Below are positions 37,420-49,600 of a stretch of 64,000 nucleotides of DNA, piece after piece (positions within the stretch are counted from its first letter, which is position 1; each line of letters opens with the position of its first letter). Made by a program: the position numbers and the translations under genes. The stretch covers positions 4,193,888 through 4,257,887 of the forward strand of contig NC_092676.1 of assembly GCF_964355755.1 (NCBI RefSeq), read 5' to 3'. The stretch is from Antedon mediterranea (Eukaryota; Animalia; Echinodermata). The notes under the pieces are model-generated. The model was given only the letters and a program-made list of their open reading frames with translations, had not been told where the DNA came from and did no database searches.

Positions 37420-38960
37420 ATTCCATATACCCAAAATGATACCACAGGAACAAAATGCTATAACATAGGAAAACGGCCTCATATTACAGTGGTTAATTCA
37501 TTATCTATAATGCATTGTGTTCCATATACCCAAAATGATACTCCAGGAACACAATGCTATAACATAGGAAAACGGCCTCATATTACAGTGGTTTATTCAT
37601 AATATATAATGCATTGTGTTCCATATACCCAATATGATACTCCAGGAACACAATGCTATAACATAGGAAAACGGCCTCATATTACAGTGGTTTATTCATC
37701 ATATATAATGCATTGTGTTCCATATACCCAAAATGATACCCCAGGAACACAATGCTTTAACATAGGAAAACGGCCTCATATTACAGTGGTTTATTCATCA
37801 TATATAATGCATTGTGTTCCATATACCCAAAATGATACTCCAGGAACACAATGCTTTAACAAAGGAAAACGGCCTCATATTACAGTGGTTTATTTATTAT
37901 ATATAATGCATTGTGTTTCATATACCCAAAATGATACCCCAGGAACACAATGCTTTAACATAGGAAAACGGCCTCATATTACAGTGGTTTATTCATTATA
38001 TATAATGCATTGTGTTCCATATACCCAAAATGATACCCCAGGAACACAATACTTTAACATAGGAAAACGGCCTCATATTACAGTGGTTTATTCATTATAT
38101 ATAATGCATTGTGTTTCATATACCCAACATAATACCCCAGGAACACAATGCTTCAACATAGGAAAACGGCCTCATATTACAGTGGTTTATTCATCAATGC
38201 ATTGTGTTCCATATACCCAAAATGATACTCCAGGAACACAATGCTTTAACATAGGAAAACGGCCTCATATTACAGTGGTTTATTCATCATAATAATGCAT
38301 TGTGTTCCATATACCCAAAATGATACCCCAGGAACACAATGCTTTAACATAGGAAAACGGCCTCATATTACAGTGGTTTATTCATCATATATAATGCATT
38401 GTGTTCCATATACCCAAAATGATACCCCAGGAACACAATGCTTTAACATAGGAAAACGGCCTCATTGATTATAGTGCTTTATTCATCATATATAATGCAT
38501 TGTGTTCCATATACCCAAAATGATACCACAGGAACACAATGCTATAACATAGCAAAACGGCCTCATTGCTTATTACAGTGGTTTATTCATTATATATAAT
38601 GCATTGTGTTCCATATACCCAAAATGATACCCCAGGAACACAATGCTTTAACATAGGAAAACGGCCTCATTGCTTATTACAGTGGTTTATTCATTATATA
38701 TAATGCATTGTGTTCCATATACCCAAAATGATACCCCAGGAACACAATACTTTAACATAGGAAAACGGTCTCATTGTTTATTACAGTGGTTTATTCATTA
38801 TATATAATGCATTGTGTTCCATATACCCAAAATGATACCCCAGGAACACAATACTTTAACGAGGAAAACGGCCTCATTGCTTATTGAAGTGGTTTATTTA
38901 TCATATAATGCATTGTGTTCCATATACCCAAAATGATACCCCAGGAACACAATACTTTAA
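37420..38960 (+). repeat. Same 99-bp satellite in the opposite orientation, about 15 copies
   Basis: Reverse complement of the 35090-36400 unit; period of 99 measured from 37609 to 37708. Confidence 0.92.
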
Positions 38961-39473
38961 TTTTGCTATGGTTAGGCCTACTTAATTTTACTTAATCTTT
39001 ATTAATACAAATATATTGATTTCCAAAGTGGTTCACAAAAGTTCTACAAAACTAAATGAAAATGATACACATTAATAAAACGCAAATTCAAGAAATGTTT
39101 CTACACTTCATACAAAAGAAAACTTTTAGAGGAAATCATGGAAGTGAATTGGATTAACACATCTACTTTGCAGAAAATGTAAACAAATAATACTGTAACT
39201 GAATTGATAAGCACTGATCCCTTTAAACTTTACTATAAAACACTATCAATTCAGTGGTGGCGCCAGCGGGGGGGCTAAGGGGGCTCTAGCCCCCTCGTCG
39301 GGGAGCCTAGCGCCCCCCCCCCCCCCCCCCCGTCGGGGAACACGGGTACTTTTTGTCGGGGAATATAATATACAGTAAAAAGCGTTCGCGTTCACTTCGT
39401 AGCTAGCTTCAGCGCCTAGAAAACCGCGACGTTTCATTGACCGTGAGAGTACGTCAGAGTGATATTATGCACT

Positions 39474-41287
39474 GGGTGTGTAGAAAGCGACGACCTCGAA
39501 TTGGACGACCCCAACGACCCGGGCGACCTCGAATTGGACGACCTAGAATTGGACGACCCATAACACGAAACCGACGACCCCTATAATAGCCTAGCCTAGG
39601 CCTAAGTATGATATAACATCCCGAAGCCGAACATAACCAAAGATCTTTAAACCATACCGTATATAATACTCGCAAGCAAGCAATTGATTGAAAAAATACA
39701 GAAATATCGCCATTTGATACTGAATGTGTCGACACGAACAAACGAACAGATATGGAACGCCAAGAGTGCATCATTAAAACTGCATTCGACTCGATTAGCA
39801 CACGAAATATCATAAACATGGCAAACCAGGCCCCTTTTTCAGCGGCAGGTAAGGTTTGACCATGGTTTGACCAGCTCCATGGTTTGACCATGGAGGTATA
39901 AAAATATTTTTATTATTACCTCCATGGTTTGACCAGCTCTATGGTTTGGTAAAAATATTTTTATACCTCCATGGTTTGACCGTATACAATGCATGTGTGA
40001 AATGTAAAGCTTTCTTATGGCCCTCCCCATGCAGGATTAGGCCAAGTTGAGCCGCCGACAAGTTGAGGCGCCGCCAGAAAAACGTTATTTTCTATGAAAC
40101 GCCAAATGCTTACTTTCGCCGGTGCTCGTTTCAATTTAATAGAAGTTCTATTTATATTAATTATTAGATATAACGATGTATATTCCAAAGTTTATATATC
40201 ACGGTTTTTAGTATATATTATTAAATATTATAATTAAAGAGAAATAATTATGAATATCTGACTTGTAGATTCCAAAATATAAGGCCTAAAACATGACCGA
40301 AAATGATCGTTTTTAGCCAAAAATGACGTAAACATGTTGCCCCCTCAGGCGGCAGTTGATGTAAAATAATTGCATAAAATCACCGTTTTTTAGTAAAATA
40401 TTTTGTGTATTAACATTGTAAAATTCAATAAAATATGATATTAAAAGATAGTAAATAAAAAATAATAATTATTTAACCTCATTCGAAGAATATCAATACT
40501 CTATTAGTCCTGAGAGACAACGTGATTTTACGTGGTAGGCATACACGCGAGAAAAATATTATGGAGTGCACTGCATTTTTACCTTGAAAGATTAAAAACA
40601 ATTAAATTATTAAATATGACTACTTTCCTTTGCTGTTTCAAACCAACAAAATTGTAGTATGTAATTATTATTTATTTTCATGACACAATAAACCTAAAGA
40701 CCATGAACTTATGTAGGGCCTACTAGGACACCACTCTATCACTACGCGAAATGTCGTAAAAGACGCACTGGCCGTTTCATAGAAATTACCGGCGGCTCAA
40801 CTTGTCGGCGGCCCAACCGGTCATATCCCCCCCCCCCCCCATGCACATGTTACGCTGCTTGGTAGGCCTATAGTGTTCGTTATAAGAAGACGAGATGTAA
40901 TTATACGTCCATGGTTTAACCATGTATTGTATAATATTTATTTCTTTTTAATTTATTTTTAATATGTCGAATGCAGTTTTAATGATGCACTCTTGGCGTT
41001 CCATATCTTTTCGTTTGTTCGTGTCGACACAATCAGTATCAAATGGCGATATTTCTGTATTTTTTCAATCAATTGCTTGCTTGCGAGTATTATATAATAA
41101 GGTATAGTTTAAAGATCTTTGGCTATGTTCGGCTTCGGGATGTTATACCACACTTAGGCCTAGGCTAGGCTAGGCTATAGGGGTCGTCGGTTTCGTGTTA
41201 TGGGTCGTTCAATTCGAGGTCGTTCAATTCGAGGTCGCCCGGGTCGTTGGGGTCGTCCAATTCGAGGTCGTCGCTTTCTACACACCC
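39474..41287. mobile_element. MULE-like element with about 320-bp TIRs (nest level 4)
   Basis: TIR GGGTGTGTAGAAAGCGACGACCTCGAATTGG..; perfect 10-bp TSD ATTATGCACT; the empty site survives near 41609. Confidence 0.9.
40034..40828. mobile_element. MULE-like MITE (nest level 5)
   Basis: TIRs GGAT..GCCGCCGACAAGTTGAG; CCCCATGCA on both flanks, with an expanded poly-C on the right. Confidence 0.7.
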
Positions 41288-44200
41288 ATTATGCACTTTA
41301 TATGCATTCATTATTGCCAGCGATCTAACTTACTACTAAACAATAGTTAGTTCGCACTTGTCTGGCGGTATCCCTTTGTACGAATCGTTCAACGTTGGGT
41401 CGAGACGCGTGATATCAAGTTCCATCCAGGGACCAAAATGTGTAATGTAGTTATTTTCCAGGCGAAGGTTACCGAAGGGAACACGGGTACTTTTTGTCGG
41501 GGAATATAATAATTATACAGTAAAAAGCGTTCGCGTTTACTTCGTAGCTAGCTTCAGCGCCTAGAAAACCGCGACGTTTCATTGACTGTGAGAGTACGTC
41601 AGAGTGATATTATGCATTTTCTATGCATCCATTATTGCCAGCGATCTAACTTACTACTAAACAATAGCTAGGTTCGCACTTGTCTGGCGGTATCCCTTTG
41701 TACGAATCGTTCAACGTTGGGTCGAGACGCGTGATATCATGTTCCATCCAGGGACCAAAAATGTGTACTGTAGTTATTTTCCAGGCGAAGTTTACTGACG
41801 GTTACGTCGTGTACTGCGTCGACGTACGCTACACTACAGCAAAAACGAATTATGTTAATTGTTCGTATGTTCACCAATTTTTTAATTTACAAGTAACCTT
41901 CTCTACCGTGGGGCACCTAAAATAAAATTTTCATCCATTACTAAACAAAAAAACATGCCATTTTCGCTTAGCCAACATCTTAATTCTTATTATAGCTAAG
42001 TTATTACATTTTCAATGTCATGTATGTCATGAATTTCTCACCACTCGGAAGTCCAGATGGTGGTACGCACGCATACACTTGGGAGGAATAAATTTATTTC
42101 CCCGACTGAAAAAGGTCTACGCTTGCTTTTTTAAGCCTCTAGGCCTGATGTTTCCAAAGTATAAAATGCAATTTTTTGAAGACCTGCAGCTCTAGTTTTA
42201 AACAGTTTCTTAGCTCAGCCCCAATAATAAAGCTGGTCATATTTCGAAGTACAAGAAGTGCATTTTCCGGGACCTAACATCTCTATTTTTCAAACATTTC
42301 TTAGCTCAGTCACAACCATGATAGGGACTTATATATTTTGTTTCATGTTTTGAAGTATAATAAGTCCAATTTCCGGGACCTCCAACTCTATTTTTCTAAA
42401 TTTTCTTTGAACTTTTATTTTTTAAATTGAAAAATATGGATTGAAACAGTCATCGCGCATCGTTTTTTTGCACGCAGTATTTTATTTATGCATTATAAAA
42501 AATGGAAAAAATGGCTACCCTAAATCTGATTAAAATGACCTCAAATGACGCTAGAACGCGTTGCTTCCGGGGGCTTCGCCCCCTGGACCCCCACCGGGGG
42601 CCCTTGGCGGCCCCCTGGCCCCCAGCCTAGTGATGCTCGCTTCGCTCGCATAGCCCCCTCGTCGGGGAATGTAGCCCCCGCGTCGGGAAGATCCTGGCGC
42701 CACCCCTGTATCAATTACGAAGGGAAAAAAACATGTTTCCACTACTTGATACTAGAGAGTAGAGAATGCTCTATTGTCGAAATGACGCTCTCCCTCAATA
42801 TCCAATCACATCTTCCTATAAAACTCCCTAAGTTGTTAATAATCAATGTCCATGAGCATGTTCATGTCTTCATTTTAATGGTCCGAATATAGCTCCCAGG
42901 TTTATTAGTACGTACATGGACAACAATAAATAAAAATCGTTCGTAATATACCTAGCTTACTAAAACAGGAATAGTGTATCATTGTTAAATATTACACCAA
43001 TTATTATTATATCAAAATTGATTAAATTATCTTCTACATAGGCCTCTTATCTAGGTTAGGGCTAAGCATATTAGCTAAAGTTTAATTTTAGGCCTAGTAT
43101 TACAATTGTCGGACGTAAGTCTTTTTTCACACGCGCTCCAGAATTCTGTCGCAATTTTTTTCTTTGCGGCATGTTATTGGATCGGCATATCAGTTACCTT
43201 TTATTCACCGCCAGTTATTGAACTTGTCCTGGCAATCGCTGTTCACCTTATTTGCGAGAGAGGTACACGTGTTGTTCCTAGAGAATGGAATGTCAAAAAT
43301 GTCTTTGGCACGCCGCTCAGAGAGAAGTCTGTGCGTTGCTGCTGAAACCACGTGCTATAGGAGGGGAATGCACCACAATCCTCTGAGCTGAGGGCTGAAT
43401 CATTCCGCTACCTGCTAAATAGTAAAGAGGGATTTTCCATCTCTCGGGTCTACTGGATCTAGGCGCAGGGGTGTGACAAAATATTATTTTCACTCTGCTT
43501 TGTTCGAGAGACATGTGAAATGTCAACAAACATTGCAGTCATTTGATGAGTGTGTCGCTATAACAATTATTGTTTATCGAAAGTTGAAGACTGTCGTTCA
43601 GATTTTTGAACCGTAGTTTGGGCACTTTTGTAAAAGTAAAATTTGACACGATATGACTTGAATGAAAAAACAATCGTTACATAAAAATAAACAACATGAT
43701 GAGTGTATACACGAATCTATTTAGATACGCTTGTATCGATTGATTATTAGGCCTATAATATAGCATAATAGCACGTTAAGATATGGCTCGCACCTTTTTG
43801 AAATTGTAAACTATATGCCTCGCATGCCTCGCACTTTTGGAAATGATAAAATGATGCCTCGCACAAATATTTGGCATGCCTCGCGTGCCTCGCACTTTGT
43901 CAACACTCGAACCAAACCCTCATGCAATAACTGTATATATTAACATAATATTTTTATGTACAAAATAATTCCAAGAAAAAACATTTCTAAACGTCAACTT
44001 CCAATTAGTTATAATGATATAACTACTGAAGTAAACACACAAAATTACTGCAGTAATCATTTCATTATAATTGATAAGAAATTAACCTACAAACCAGCAT
44101 GAGTATCCAACATTTTTCAGATGACCTTTGACCCCAAGTAAGTGTCATATGTTTGTAATATTGTTTTGTATCATTGTGCATTTTTTTCTTCATTTTGCCA

Positions 44201-45759
44201 TTCATTGTTAGGGGTCATGCAAACTCAAGTAGGGGCTAACTTTGATCAAGCCTTTGGTACGTCATCTACCAAAACGTCAGGTAGGTTCATGCAATGGGTA
44301 TTAATACCCAAAGAAGGGGAGGGTGCAATCTAGAAGTAGTGGTACAATCTAGAATTAGGATACTAACTTGAAGAACGGATATAGCAAAGGGGAAAAGGTC
44401 ATTCCGAAATTCTAGAAACAGATCGAAAGCCCTGCCCTTTTGTTTCATAAGAGTTCAGTATCACTAACATTTTATTTTTTTAATTCAAGTTCAACTTTAA
44501 AATCAGATTTTTTTTTTTTTCAAGCAATTCAAAGAACGGGTCATTCTAAACAAAAAATGAATACTTTAACTAATGATGTTTACTGTATTGCCAAACAAAT
44601 GCATTTTACTTTAAAGGCCAAAACTCGAGTTGCAAAAGGTGATTAATTTTGGCATTTTTTTGTCACATTTTATTGTTTATTTTATGTGTGTGACAAATAA
44701 AGTATTTACACAAATGTATCGTTTCTTGCATTGAATCCAATACAAATTTTAATTTCTGCCATGTTATCTTATATTTTGTTGAATTTTAACAATTTTTAAT
44801 AACATTTTTAGTTCATTTAGTGTTTATTGTGTTCAGAATGTTCTATTAAGAATGTTAAGCGTTCATGCCGCATGCGTTATTAATTTGCCAGGCCTGCATA
44901 ATCAATTTACATTAGAGATTATTTACAATAATGTACTATGTATGTGCTGCCCTCTCTTGTTTGATTTACACAAGTTAAGCCTATGTGGGGGCAGTATAAT
45001 TGTCAAAACCTTCTAACCATTTCAAGATCTTGTCTCGTGTTTAATTTCCCAGGCATGCAAAATCAATTTACGTTAATAGTATATGATTATCTTTAATCCT
45101 CTATCTCAAATGTACTATGTTGTTATTTTTTGCCTGCGAGCTTGCAGTATATTAAACTAGATATTAAAATGTATTATGAATATTATTACGAGCACTGTGT
45201 TATAATAAGTATAATGCTGTCTGAAAACTAATATAATAATTAACAAAATAAAAAATGATTTCATATTGATAAATTTCAGGCGGAGGTGAATTACTCGGAG
45301 AGGTATGCAGCCGATGAACAAGAGAATAGAACCAACACCCCCCGCAGAAAATCTTGTTTCAAATGGAACAAGCAAGGATATTGATTCCACATTGGCACAT
45401 CTAGCCACTAAATCTAAATATGAAAGGAGGAACACCGAAAAAGTAATTATATATGACCTTTGACTCTTAATTTCAAATTCAGATATTTACACCTCTTAGA
45501 AATGTGTATACTCTACACTTATATTTGTTTTATTTCAACATTATTTTACGAGGGTGGTCCATCCAGCCGAAGCTGATCATTAGGGACCCTCACAAAAATA
45601 CAATATGACAAGACATAAACATGTAACAATTCTCACTGATTGTAAACAATTAAATTAAAATTAGAATTTATAAAGATAAACAAAATCAAATAATGCACAA
45701 TTTGCATAAATGTAAAATTAGTAATTAAATAAAATAAAATAATGTATTGTATGTATGTA

Positions 45760-46020
45760 TATTATAACTTCTCTTCCCAATCTTCTCCCACACCCCCTCC
45801 TCATCCTATCCAAGCAATCTCACTGTACTTTGTGTCTACAAGGATTTAATATTATAACTTCTCTTCCCCATCTTCTCCCACACCCCCTCCTCATCCTATC
45901 CAAGCAATCTCACTGTACTTTGTGTCTACAAGGACTTAATATTATAACTTCTCTTCCCCATCTCCTCCCACACCCCCTCCTCCCACACCCTCTCCTCATC
46001 CTATCCAAGCAATCTCACTT
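45760..46020. repeat. 90-bp tandem repeat, about 2.8 copies
   Basis: ATTATAACTTCTCTTCCC.. at 45761, 45851 and 45941. Confidence 0.85.
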
Positions 46021-46618
46021 ATGCTATATTTCTTTCTATCTATCCAATGTTAGTTTCATTATGATGCATGACTTATTTCATGGAAAACGTAAAGAATTAC
46101 TAATAATGAATATTTTAGTGCTAATTGTTTCTCAACATTGATAAGAAATTGAGAATTGAGATTGACGATTAAATTTTGTACATACGGATTTAAATCTGAT
46201 TGGTTATTTGGTTGTTGGACAAAATTGTAGACAGTTGATTGGTTGGCTTAATAATAGGCAGTTGATTGGCTGGTAGATTGAAACAAGTAAAAGATAGTTG
46301 ATTGAAAGATGGACAAAATTTAAATAGACAATTGATTGGTTGAATAAGGTGTAAAGAGCCAAATAGAGGACAAAACTTAAAAGAGAGTTTATTGGCTAGT
46401 TGATCAAACAAAGTTGTAGGTACTTCATTGGAAGATAGACACATATTTGACAAAATTAATGATGTTTGATTGGCTGGTTCATTGTAATCGTTCTATCTTT
46501 GTTCATGCAACATCTAGTATAACTATAAGAACATTATTTACTTTTGGAAAATAAATTTTAGAAAAATAAATATATAAAACAATAAAACATCATGTTCTAA
46601 TTTATTGATATATATCAT

Positions 46619-49600
46619 TGTAGTGAATTTATCTTTAGTTGGTTCCGAGCTTTCTCAGGCGTATATATTTCCACGCGACGTACACAGCTGTCACTGAATG
46701 ATAACTCATACAAAAAGTATATTTAACTCAACTAGAACTTTTATTCCTTGAAATTCGATTAATACATCTTTCTACCACTACCAGTCAAGCCTAATATTTT
46801 CCTTATCATCTTTCCGTTTATCTACTCTGATCTTATTCTCCCTTCTCCTCTAATATCTATTACATTCTACTTTTATACTGGATATGCAAATTTTAGGCTT
46901 CAGAGGAGGATAACATTTTCCCTCCAAAAATTATACGATTTTGATTGGCTAATAATAAGGCGGACCTGGTCTTAAGCATCCTTCTTTAAACACAGAGAAT
47001 TACAACATACCTAATATGACATTCCCCTTTTTGGGAAAAAGATTGTGTCAATCTTTCCAAAATTTTTAACATTTAAAACCATTTTACTTTAAACTATCTA
47101 CAAATAACACCTCTATAACATTATTATGCACGGCTTAATCCATCTGCATTTCCAATTAATGATCCTTTCTTGTAAATAACTTTAGATTTATATCCTTGTA
47201 AAAACAGAGCCCATCTCATAAGTCTAACATTGGCACCCTTCATTGAGTCCATCCATCTCAATGCCTGGTGGTCAGTATGAACTTGAAATTCACAACCATA
47301 CAGATAATACTTAAGTTTATTGATAGCCCAAACAATAGAGAGGCACTCTTTTTCTGGCACAGAATATCTCTGCTCATGTACAGATAACTTTCTACTTAAG
47401 TACACAATGGGATAATCATTTTAATACCCTCACCATCTATTTGGCTCAGCACTGCACCTATGCCATAATTTGAGGCATCGGTTTGCAATATAAACATCTT
47501 ATCAAAATTTGGGGCTTTTAATACATTATCATCAGTAAGTCGTTTCTTTAAAGTTACAAAGGCATTTTCACATTGTTCATTCCACTTAACGGTATTACTT
47601 TTACTCTTTAAAGTTAAATCAATCAATGGCTTAGCAATATCGGCATAGTACTGTACAAATTTTCTGTAATAGCCCGTTAATCCGAGAAATGATCGGACTT
47701 GTTTCTTAGACAAAGGTCTGGGGAACTTTTCCACAGCCTCAACCTTATCAATCATGGGTCTAATTTCTCCATTACCAATCTTATGCCCCAGAAATTCTAC
47801 CTGTGCATAGGCAATTTTACATTTCAAAGGCTTTACTGTCAATCCAGCACTACTTAATCTTTCTAATACATCATTCAAATGAAAAATATGATCTTTCCAA
47901 GTTTGACTATAAATACATATGTCATCTATATATGCCTTAGCATATCCTTCAGTACCTTGTAATACCTTATCCATTAATCTTTGGAAAGTACTAGAGCTAT
48001 TTTGCATACCAAATGGAAGTACATTGTAACAATACTGTCCAAATTGTGTAATAAATGCTGATTTGTCTTTGGTCTTAGGATCCAGAGGCACCTGGTAAAA
48101 TCCTTTAGTTAGATCTAACGTAGTTATGTATATCGCGGATGATACCTCATCCAACATTTCGTCTATGCGAGGCATAACATAAGGGTCAAATTGTGTAGTC
48201 TTATTTAGTGATCTAAAATCTGTCACCATTCTAATTTGATTCTGGCCTTTCTTCAGGGCAATAATAGGTGCAGCATAGGCACTAACTGTAGGTTCTATTA
48301 TACCCATAGCCAACATACTATCTAATTCCTCTTTCAATTTACCCTTTAATGCTTGGGGCGTTCTATATGCCCTATGCCTTATAGGCATTTCACCACTAGT
48401 CTTAATTTCATGTGTCACTAAGTGAGTTCTACCTGGTACATCCGAGAATACATTCTGTTGGTACTTTAACAATTCTGTTAATTGTTTAGTTTGTGTATCA
48501 TTTAAATTACTACTAACGTTAACATCTCTCCATGTTTGTGATTGATGATAAGACAATCCTATGTCTATTTCACTATCTAACTCATTGTCATGGACAGTTT
48601 CATTTAAGTCTACTTCTTCTATCGACTGAACATTTGTTACTACATAATAACCATCTTTACTTATTTCTACTTTATCATACCATCTCTTTAACATATTAAC
48701 ATGTAGAATTTGTTTTTCTTTTCTTCTACCTCCTATGTATATTTCATAATTTACATCATTGACCTTTTTTGCAACAATGAAGGGGCCTTGCCATTTACTG
48801 TCTAACTTACTATTTCCTACTGGAAGGAATATCAACACTTTGTCCCCTTCTACAAATTTTCTATCAATAGCATTCTTGTTATAATTGTGGGACATAATTT
48901 CTTGTTGTTCAAGTTTGTTTACATTAGCATCTTTCATTAATTCCTCCATTTTTTTTCTTATGTCTAACATGTATTTGATAACATCAGTAGATGTTTCTTC
49001 ATCTTCTACCCAATTACTTTTGAGTAAACTCAAGGGTCCCCTCACCTCTCTACCATAAAGCAATTTAAAAGGTGAATGGCCCGTTGCTTTACTAGGAACT
49101 TCTCTGTATGCAAACAGAAAGGGGGGTATGTAGTTATCCCAATTTTTTCTTTGCTTAACTGTAAGTGTCCTTATCATATTTTTCAATGTACCATGAAATC
49201 TTTCAACAAGCCCATTGCTTTGGGGGTGGTACACTGTAGTCTTTAATTGATTAATCCCCAACATACTACATATAGATTGCATAATTGAAGACATGAAATT
49301 AGTTCCTTGATCATGTACAATCTCTTCGGGTAATCCTACTCTAGTAAAGACTTCTATTAGAGCCCTGGCTACTGTTTCAGCTCTAACATTGGGTAACGGG
49401 ATAGCATCCGGATATCTCGTAGCATAGTCAATTATAGTAAGCATATATTTGTTATTACGGCTTGTTCTAGATAAGGGTCCAACAATGTATATCGCTATAC
49501 GTTTAAATGGTATACTTATAATCGGTAATGGTATCAAAGTATGTTTCCTTTTACTTTTACCCTTATCTACCTTTTGGCATTCCTTACATACTTTACAATA

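Larger units (their letters stand above)
39252..42708. mobile_element. hAT non-autonomous element (nest level 3)
   Basis: TIR CAG(T/G)GGTGGCGCCAG; perfect 8-bp TSD TATCAATT; internal tandem duplication of about 310 bp (39337.. and 41479..). Confidence 0.88.
34603..42894. mobile_element. Long-TIR element (nest level 2)
   Basis: About 145-bp inverted repeats at 34603-34747 and 42752-42894; degenerate duplication of CCAGGTT on both flanks. Confidence 0.7.
33563..43908. mobile_element. Outer MULE-like element (nest level 1), 10.3 kb including cargo
   Basis: TIRs built of GCGAGGCA repeats (..ACAAAGTGCGAGGCA); perfect 9-bp TSD GAACCAAAC. Confidence 0.85.

Noticed and set aside
35332-38292. Cys/His-containing 33-aa repeat ORFs (MHCVPYTQNDTPGTQCFNIGKRPH)
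   Set aside because: By-product of a 99-bp satellite. Not C2H2 spacing, frames broken by 103-bp variants, and present on both strands
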